Origin: Octopus vulgaris
Lineage: Eukaryota
Assembly: GCA_951406725.2 (NCBI GenBank)
Contig: CATOCA020000001.1
Span: 5,270,001-5,334,000, forward strand
Length of the DNA: 64,000 nt
Direction of reading: 5' to 3'
Shown here piece after piece: positions 56,691-64,000 of this stretch. Each line of letters begins with the position of its first letter. Position 1 is the first letter of the stretch. Position numbers and translations under genes: made by a program. The notes under the pieces are model-generated. The model worked only from the letters and a program-made list of their open reading frames with translations, was not told where the DNA came from and ran no database searches.

Positions 56691-58071
56691 TAACACAGAA
56701 GAATGGAGATATCATACATATTGAACCATCCCGTTTCTGTCAGATTGGCAAATCACAAAATCTTGCGATACAGTAATACTGCGTATTAATCGACCCAACA
56801 GTTACAGGGTGTTCTGTTTTCATGTTCTGAGTTCAAATTTTCGAGGACGATTTTGCCTTTCACCTTCTTGGGGTCGATGAATTAAGTACCAGCCGAGCAC
56901 TAGGGTGGATGTAATCGACAAACCCCCAGCCACAAAATTGCAGGCATTGTGCTTATCGTAGAAAGAATATTATACCAAATGGTTTCGTGGTAGAAATACA
57001 GAGGCAAATACAGCAGTCATCAGAAATATTTGAATGGAATTTTTGTGGATCTTATTCCTTCTGATAACTCCGTTGTCATAAGGATATAATAAGTAATAAC
57101 AATATATATATATGTGTGTGTGTATGCTTATGTATGCACATACGCATACACACACAGGAATCTTTATATATGTGTGCAAGAAGGTTGGTGTGTAGGCCAC
57201 TCTCTCGACTCCAGTTAATTATGTGTATTTATAAACATGGGGTAAACTAGATCAAATCAACCTTCTGATATTTGAACATAAACTTTTCGATAATAAAACA
57301 CAGTGCTCGGAAATCATGTTGATCCACTGAAATTTAAATCAAATCATTGTTGTTTATTACCAACAACATTTAACGAGGAATTGAGAATTTTATGACCTCA
57401 TTTTATTATTTTATTTTCTTATAACCAAAAAGAACTTGTTTGCTTACATTGTAGCTATGCTGGGAAGGAATAAGAAAGCGCCATCTTCATATTTTTCTAT
57501 TGGGTTGTTGTCAAATATCTGAAAAAGAGACAAATATTACACACTTTAAAATAAGTAAAAATAAATAAATATGTTTTTCCTGTTCAGTACTAAATTGCGT
57601 TTCAGTCAACACTAACAGGGTAAATGCTGATATTACACACTACAATTGTTTATTTCTCTTTATAGTTCTCTGGAAAGTGTTGTTTGAACAAGAATAGGTT
57701 CCTTCAATCTAACTTAATTATCCTAAGTGAAAACCTGATAACAAAACAGCAAAAGATGGAAGGGAATAAAATACAAAAATAAAAAAAATAATAGGGAGAC
57801 TTTCGTATGTGCACAATATGGGTTTTAGTCAACATTCTCATCTATGGTAGAAATATCATCCTCCATATAGGCAAGGTTCTGTGGCAGGAAAATTACTTCT
57901 CACATCCATGGATTCTTTAGTCCAACTGTGTGGCACCTTGGACAAATAACATTTACTATAACCTTGGGTCAACTAAGCGTTGTGAGTGAATTTGCAGCAG
58001 GAAACTCTGTGGATTCCCTTCGTATGTACATATATATATATACATATATATATATACACACACAAACATAC

Positions 58072-58162
<91 letters not shown>

Positions 58163-61100
58163 TTTTGTTTTTTTTATTATGTGTGTGTGCTTGATAACCA
58201 ATATTGGTTTGTTTACGTTCCCCGTAACTCAGTGGATTCCTCAAAAGGTATCCGACTGATTAAGTGCCAGATTTTAAAAATTCAGTAGTAAGGATGAGGA
58301 AAGGCTTGAAGGTAGTACCCCAGCATGGCCGCAATCTGATTATTGAAACAAGGAATAGTAAAAGTACATACTCCAGTAGCAGTGTAATGATAAAAAAGGT
58401 TTTCAAAACAATAAAATAATAATTATTGCAATAACATTGACCATCATCAGGCTAGTACATAACTTTCAGAATCCTATTCAAAGTACATAAAACAATGGTC
58501 ACCTTTTGGTAGAAGATATATACTGGGTACCTATAAATTGACTTTACAATTTGAACACTTCAGAAGACAATGAAGAACAAGGATAGCTCATCAAACTTTA
58601 TTGGAAATCATTGGCAAACAAATATCAGAAGCATTAGAACACTTCGACGTGGATTTAATTGTTACCAATTCTACGTCGCTAAAAGCCACACTGCTTTTTT
58701 CTTGGTTGATTTTTATAACGGGATTTTTACTAAAAGAGTCTTCCCCATGAAGACATTCTTTTAAATTTGATTAATCTACACATTTCCTTTGGAAATAACT
58801 GAGATATTTTGATTCAAAGTCACTTTTTTGCCTTACGCTGCCATTTTTTACCTCGAAAACTTTGAAATAAATATTTTAAAGAATCAATTTCCAATTATTT
58901 TAGCTCGAAATGTAGCTTACATCTCGATCATCATTGCCAAAACGATGCAATTAATTAGGTTGAGAGCTGAATTACTAATTAAATCATGTAATAGGAGTGG
59001 AAGAGCTGCACTCTGTTGTTCATAGTCACTAAGTGAAGTTCAGTAACAAGGACGGGGAGTCAAATGTTGGGGTGCCAGGTGGGATAATCTATAGTCACCT
59101 TGATACTTTGGTGGATGGAGTTGGCTACTTGCTGGATGCTCTCCATTATGTTCCTCTCAGTTTCTACATTACCGTTACTAGAGCTGGTCTTAACTGTGAT
59201 ATTAATGCCATCTATATACCTACAGAAAATTAGAAGAGTTGTGGACTGTTTTGCCAAGAATTGCTTAGGTTTTCTGATCCACCAGGTCATGAAGAGGCCG
59301 GCAATATCTCCAGATACACCGACACAAATGGCTGCACCTTGAACTTACATGTATAGTTTCAAGCATTTGTCTTATGAAGGAAGGCCGAAGACGCTCGACC
59401 TTTGTTCTCTCGAAAAACGACGACGCCGTGGTGATCTCATTCTTGCTCACTACATCATAAGCGGAAAGTGTAAACTATCGAAAGAGCTGTTCTTCACCCC
59501 TGCTCCAGAGCGTCGGCTGCAGGGTCACTCCGAAAAGCTCTATCTACGACGATTTCATCTCAATCGAAGGTGAGGGGCTTTCTCCGTCCGGGTTGCGGAT
59601 CCGTGGAATAAGCTGCCGGACGAGATAGTGAAGATGCCGACGACCGCTCGGTTCAAAGTCTCTCTTGACCAGAAATAGCCTGAACTCTTTGTATGACCAC
59701 CCTCCCTGTACATAACGCCCTGTCCCCCTACATGGTCTTGCTTTTGCTTTTTGAGACAAAAAATTAAACTAAACTAAACTAGTTATACTTTTGTCTGTGG
59801 TTCTTCAAGGTGGTTCTTACGCTAGCTCTTACTGCCTGTGCAATCATTCCTTTCTCCTAATTGTTGTTCTCAGGGAGTTGGGTGGGTAGGGTCAAGCCAC
59901 ACCAGCGCTCAGTGGTGTATTTATTTACTGCTGAAGTGATGGTGTGTGGTCTAAGAATCTGTGATCTGGTGGGGTAGAATATATAGTCTAAGAATGAGAC
60001 ACGGATCACGCGTGTTGACCTCACTTCACATTTCACAGACAATCTCATTACATTATACTCCAGCAATATCGATGTCAATAGATGGGTAGAGGGAATCAAG
60101 TCCTTAGTGTCCACTACACAACATGTGAAGAACTTGGAGTGACCGAAAATACTCATTTTATTGAGGATGTCCTCAGTGCTAACATAGAAGAAGAAGAAGA
60201 AGAAGAAGAAGAAGAAGAAGAATCAGAAGGAGAATAAGGAGGAGAATAAGAAGAAGAAGAAAAAGAAGAAGAAGAAGAAGAAGAAGAAGAAGAAGAAGAA
60301 GAAGAAGAATAATAGAAGAAGAAGAAGAAGAAGAAGAAGACGAAAAGAAGAAGAAGAAGATGAAGAAGAAGAACAAGAAGAGGAAGTAGAGGAGGAGAAA
60401 AAGAAGAAGAAGTAGAAGAAGAAGAAGTAGAAGAAGAAGAAGAAGAAGAAGAAGAAGGAGACGAGGAAGAAGAAGTAGAAGAAGAAGAACAAGAAAGAGA
60501 AGAAGAAAAGAAGAAGAAGAAGAAGAAGAAGAAGAAGAAGAAGAAGATGAAGAAGAAATAGAAGAAGAAGAACAAGAAGGAAACAAGAAGAGGAAGTAGA
60601 GGAAGAGAAGAAAGAAGGAGAAGAAGAAGAAGTAGAAGAAGAAGAAGAAGAAGGAGACGAAGAAGAAGAAGAAGAAGAAGAAGAAGAAGGAGAAGAAGAA
60701 AATGAAGAAGAAGAAAATGAAGAAAAAGAAGAAGAAGAAGAGGAAAAGAAAAAAGAAGAAGAAGGAGGAGGAGTAGAAGAGAAACAAGAAGAAGAAGAAG
60801 TAGAAGAAGTAGAGGAAGAAGAAGCATGAAAAAGAAGAAAGAAATGAAGAAGGAGGTGGAAAAGGAGAAGAAGGAAGAGAATAAAAAGAAAGAAGACAAG
60901 AAGAAGAAGAAGGAGGAGGAGGAGGAGGAGAAGTAGATGAATAAGTAGAAAGTAGAATTAAGTAAAGAAAAAGCAGAAGAAAAAGGATGAGTATGAGGGG
61001 GGAGTGGGAGAGTAAGAATTACAAGAAGAATAAAGAGGAAAGGAAGGAGAAGAAGAAGAAGAAGAAGAAAGAAGAGAAGAAGAAGAAGAAGAAGAAAGAA

Positions 61101-62202
61101 GAGAAGAAGAAGTAGGAGTAGTAGAAGAAGAAGAAGAAGAAGAAGAAGAAGACGTCGAAGAAAAAGAAGAAAAGAAGAAGGAGAAGGAGGAAGAGGAGAC
61201 AAAAGGAGGAAGAGGAGACAAAAGGAGGAAGAGGAGACAAAAGGAGGAAGAGGAGACAAAAGGAGGAGGAGTATGAAGGGGAAGTAGAAGTAAAAGAAGT
61301 TGAAGAAGGAGGATGTGGAGGAGGAGAAGGAGAATAACAAAAAGAAGATAAGAAGAAGAAAGAGGAGGGAGAGAGAGTAGATGAAGAAGTACAAAGTAGA
61401 AGAAGAAGAAGGAGAAGAAGAAAAATAAAGATGAAAGAGAAGAATAAGAAAAAGAAGGAGGAAGACGGGGAGGAGAAGTAGAAGGAGAAGAAGAAGAGGA
61501 AGAAAAAGAAGGAGAAGAGAAATGAGAAGTACAAGAAGAAGAGGAAGAAGAATAGGAAGAGGATGAGAAAGAAGAAGAAGGAAAAAAGATGAATAAGAAG
61601 AAGAAAGAAGAGGAGGAAAAAGGAGGAGGAGGGAGAGGAGGAGGTTGAAGGAGCAGAAGAAGTAGGAGAAGAAGAAAAAGAAAGATGATGAGGAGGAGGA
61701 GGTGGAAAAGAAGAAGAGAAGAAGGAGTAGAAGTAGAAAAATAAAAAGAAGGAGGTGGACAAGGAGAAGTAGAAGAAGAAGGAGGAGGAGCAGAAGAAGA
61801 GGGAGAAAAAGTAGATGAAGAAGAAGAAGAAGAAAAAAGGAGGGAGATGGGGAGGGGTAGGGTGAGAATTACAAGAAGAAAAAGGAGGAGGAGGGGAAGA
61901 GAATTACAATAAGAAAATGAAGAATAAGACGGAGAAGGAGAAAAGAAAAGATTAGAAGTAGAAAAGAAGGAGGGGTAGGGGGAGGAGGGAACAAGAAAGA
62001 TAGAAGAAAAGAAGAAGCAGAAGAAGAAGAAGAAGGAGAGGGAGAAGATAAAGAAGGAGAAGAAGAAGAAGAAGGAGAGGAAGAAGATAAAGAAGAAGAG
62101 GAAAAAGAAGGACGAGGATGAGGAGCATGAGGAATGGTGGAGGAAGAAGAAGAAGAAGAAGAAGAAGAAGAAGGACGAGGAGGAGGAGCAGGAGGAATGG
62201 TG

Positions 62203-62233
<31 letters not shown>

Positions 62234-63593
62234 GAGATAAAGAAGAAGAGGAAAAAGAAGGACGAGGAGGAGGAGCATGAGGAATGGCGGAGGAAGAAGA
62301 AGAAGAAGAAGAAGAAGGACGAGGAGGAGGAGCAGGAGGAATGGTGGAGGAAGAAGAAAAAGGAGAAGTGGAAGAAGAAGAAAAAGAAGGACGAGGAGGA
62401 GGTGCAGGAGGAATGGCGGAAGAAGGAGAAGAAGAAGAAGAAGAAGAAGAAGAAGAAGAAGAAGAAAAAAGAATGACGAGGAGGAGGAGCAGGAGGAATG
62501 GTGGAGGAAGAAGAAGAAGAAGAAGAAGAAGACGAAGAAGAAGAAAAGGAAGAAGAAGAAGAAATGAAGTGGAAATGAAGAGGAGAAGAATATGAAGAGA
62601 TAGATCGATAAATCTTGGGCGAGAAACATGGCTGAAAAATCAGGGAATATACGGAATCAGAAATCAACATATTCAAATGCACTCATACGCATTCTTATAT
62701 TCATAGTATCAACGACGGAATGCGGTATGCACACTCACATCACACATATTCCCACTCACCCTTGGGGAAATATGGTGAGAGAGATTATTTATTTCATATC
62801 GCTTCATTGTCACAAGAATATTAGAAAACACACGCTTACAAGAAATATATCAGCAGTTTAATTGTATCAGGCCAAATATTGCAGCTTACAAGTACAGTAA
62901 GTATTTCAGGTTTACAGATAGAATGTATGTGACTATATTATTCGAATATATATTTTCCGCTTCCACTTCAGTTGCTCTATTACATAAATAACGTGAAGTG
63001 AATGACAAAATTCGAAGTTGAATGATAATATCGAAACACGAAGGAGAATATTGAAATAAGAAATGGAGGAGGATGCAAAATATAAAATAAAGGAATAATA
63101 TAGTCACATTTCACACAGAACTACACTTATATATGAACATACACATATACTTCAGCTAAAAATATTTGATGCAAACATGTAAACTCACAAACGTTACCAT
63201 TTCTAATACAAATTCATATTAAAATCATTGAAATTTGGGGAACAAAAATGAGTTATTGTGATGCGAATTGAAACAAAGCAACTACAATAAAGGAACATTA
63301 TATTTTTCCTATTATTTCAATTTCTCTCTCAAATTCTCTCTCTTTCTTTCACATTGTCTCGCTCTCTCATATTCTCTTTGTATCTTCCTAAATCGTGTTC
63401 ATTCTACAAATTTGAATTGATTTTGTTTAGTTCAGTCTGAAATATTATACAATTGTGAGCTTATATATCAGCATCAATTATTACTTTCGGAAAATAGTAT
63501 CAAGAAACTGAACGAACTTACAATCCCTTTAAATTTGAAAGGCCCGTGAATGTACCTTCTGTGATGGTTGCAATGTTGTTCGCGTACAGATAT
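38980..63593 (-). CDS. Multi-exon adhesion GPCR-like gene, ectodomain part (LRR-LRRCT-Ly6/uPAR-like-SEA-like-HRM); 5' end outside window; GAIN/7TM not found; possibly a pseudogene
   Basis: Eleven exons with AG/GT boundaries and matching phases except one 1-nt gap: 63593-63522, 62976-62890, 57518-57448, 53772-53615, 48736-48645, 46668-46485, 45547-45465, 44454-44402, 42134-41980, 40597-40483, 39122-38980. Domain calls come from motif recognition, not database search. Confidence 0.85.
40483..40597 (-). CDS. HRM domain exon 1: (M)[38 protein letters not shown]
   Basis: tttttcag| and |gttcgt; C..WPxTxxG...PC...AxRxC hormone-receptor motif; phase 1 in, phase 2 out. Confidence 0.92.
41980..42134 (-). 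CDS. SEA-like exon c: [51 protein letters not shown]
   Basis: Strong pyrimidine tract ending tttcag|, donor |gtaagt; 155 nt, phase 2 in, phase 1 out. SEA-like assignment is inferred from the strand-helix-strand-strand-helix pattern and position. Confidence 0.8.
42256..42835. mobile_element. Non-coding Penelope-like insertion in (TA)n with ~115-bp inverted repeat and a hammerhead
   Basis: Arms 42256-42370 and 42637-42753; (TA)n on both sides. Confidence 0.75.
42348..42390 (-). ncRNA. Minimal type I hammerhead ribozyme fold
   Basis: Minus strand reads CCAC CTGAAGA T TGTC GGAGCA GACA T GAAA CA TT TG TA GTGG. Confidence 0.75.
44402..44454 (-). CDS. SEA-like exon b: [18 protein letters not shown]
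   Basis: ttttgcag| and |gtaagc; phase 0 in, phase 2 out. Confidence 0.82.
44560..44870. mobile_element. MITE-like element with ~45-bp imperfect terminal inverted repeats
   Basis: aaacgcaggataatgctaat / attagcattatcctgcgttt; not present at the paralogous position ~33350. Confidence 0.7.
45465..45547 (-). CDS. SEA-like exon a: [28 protein letters not shown]
   Basis: catag| acceptor; donor reads gtggag (paralog at 33574 has gtgagt); phase 1 in, phase 0 out. Confidence 0.8.
46485..46668 (-). CDS. Ly6/uPAR-like domain exon 2: [61 protein letters not shown]
   Basis: tacag| and |gtaagt; ends with the CCxxxxCN three-finger signature; phase 0 in, phase 1 out. Confidence 0.9.
48000..48330 (-). mobile_element. 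LINE endonuclease N-terminal fragment (Tx1/L1-like)
   Basis: [16 protein letters not shown]...LSNDL start motif. Confidence 0.5.
48645..48736 (-). CDS. Ly6/uPAR-like domain exon 1: (N)[30 protein letters not shown]
   Basis: tgtag| and |gtaaac; LxCxxC start typical of LU domains; phase 1 in, phase 0 out. Confidence 0.88.
49780..50706 (-). mobile_element. R4/Dong-like RT fragment
   Basis: GIFQGDNL...[28 protein letters not shown] across frameshifts. Confidence 0.8.
53615..53772 (-). CDS. LRRCT exon: [52 protein letters not shown]
   Basis: tacag| and |gtaagt; CxC...C...C LRR C-terminal cap; phase 2 in, phase 1 out. Confidence 0.9.
54515..54785 (+). mobile_element. R4/Dong-like 3' end (RLE endonuclease tail) between (AAT)n and (GAT)n; further piece at 55270-55450
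   Basis: [12 protein letters not shown]...[10 protein letters not shown]; [15 protein letters not shown]. Confidence 0.7.
54780..55220. repeat. (GAT)n microsatellite; (AAT)n at 54380-54508
   Basis: Direct reading. Confidence 0.96.
57448..57518 (-). CDS. LRR exon [24 protein letters not shown], 71 nt (one base short of 72)
   Basis: tctctttttcag| acceptor, |gtaagc donor, clear LRR motif; ends in phase 2 but starts in phase 0. Confidence 0.85.
59030..59240 (-). mobile_element. Penelope-like RT fragment
   Basis: CRYIDGI...[15 protein letters not shown] motif. Confidence 0.6.
59270..59781 (+). mobile_element. CR1-group LINE 3' end with (aaact)n tail
   Basis: [22 protein letters not shown]...GHSEKL...[13 protein letters not shown]...FKVSLD. 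Confidence 0.85.
60185..62595. repeat. ~2.4-kb (GAA/GGA)n polypurine tract with higher-order units; resumes 63680-64000
   Basis: Direct reading. Confidence 0.96.
62890..62976 (-). CDS. Degenerate LRR-like exon (phase 2-2): [29 protein letters not shown]
   Basis: Strong gtaagc donor, taatag acceptor, open frame, phase fits the upstream LRR exon; acceptor position is less certain. Confidence 0.6.
63522..63593 (-). CDS. 72-nt LRR exon (phase 2-2): [24 protein letters not shown]
   Basis: atag| acceptor, |gtaagt donor, exactly one 24-aa typical LRR (LxLxxNxIxxIxxxxFxxLxxL). Confidence 0.92.
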
Positions 63594-64000
63594 CTATATC
63601 AGTAAAGAAAGAGTAAAATAGATTATATGGAAAATATTTGTGATACAACATCAAACATTGTGACTTGAGAATGAAAGGAAGAAAAAGAAGAAAGATAACG
63701 AAGAAGAAAAGGAACAAGAAGAAGGAAGAGGAGGAGGCGAAGAAGAATTAGAAGAAGAAAGGAGAAGAGGTAGAAGAAAAAGAAGAGCAAGAAGGAATAG
63801 GAGGAAAAAGGAGGAGGAGGCTGATAAAAGGGAAGAAGATGTAGGAGAAAAAGTAAAAGAAGGAGAAGGAGGGGGAGGAGGAGGAGGAAGTGAATAACAA
63901 GAAGAAGATAAGAATAAGAAAGACGAGGAAGAGGAGGAGGAGAAGTAGATGAAGAAGTAGAAAGAAGAAAGGAGAAGAAGAAGAAGAAGAAGGAGAAGAA

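Noticed and set aside
58700-58790. LRR-like string [13 protein letters not shown] on the minus strand
   Set aside because: In-frame stop and no suitable donor; likely chance.

Overview
AT-rich, microsatellite-laden eukaryotic DNA. The SINE/LINE repertoire and gene type suggest an octopus (inference). Almost all long ORFs in the track are translations of simple repeats. Manual splice-site reading gives one multi-exon gene on the minus strand, entering from beyond the right edge: an adhesion-GPCR-like ectodomain with LRR exons, LRRCT, a 12-Cys Ly6/uPAR-like three-finger module, a SEA-like module and a hormone-receptor (HRM) domain (63593 to 38980). No GAIN/GPS or 7TM exons were found downstream. 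Instead, an older partial duplication supplies a second, shortened SEA-like module and a terminal exon ending in a PDZ-type tail (ETNF*), all phase-compatible, and a younger ~8 kb duplication (7311-15135 / 23650-32890) repeats the last two exons and a dead RTE LINE. Several short insertions in or near (TA)n microsatellites carry type I hammerhead ribozyme folds, two of them with long inverted repeats (Penelope/retrozyme-like). The rest is decayed MULE, Helitron, Tc1, Penelope, R4/Dong, CR1 and other LINE fragments, tRNA-derived SINEs, minisatellites and purine-rich tracts.
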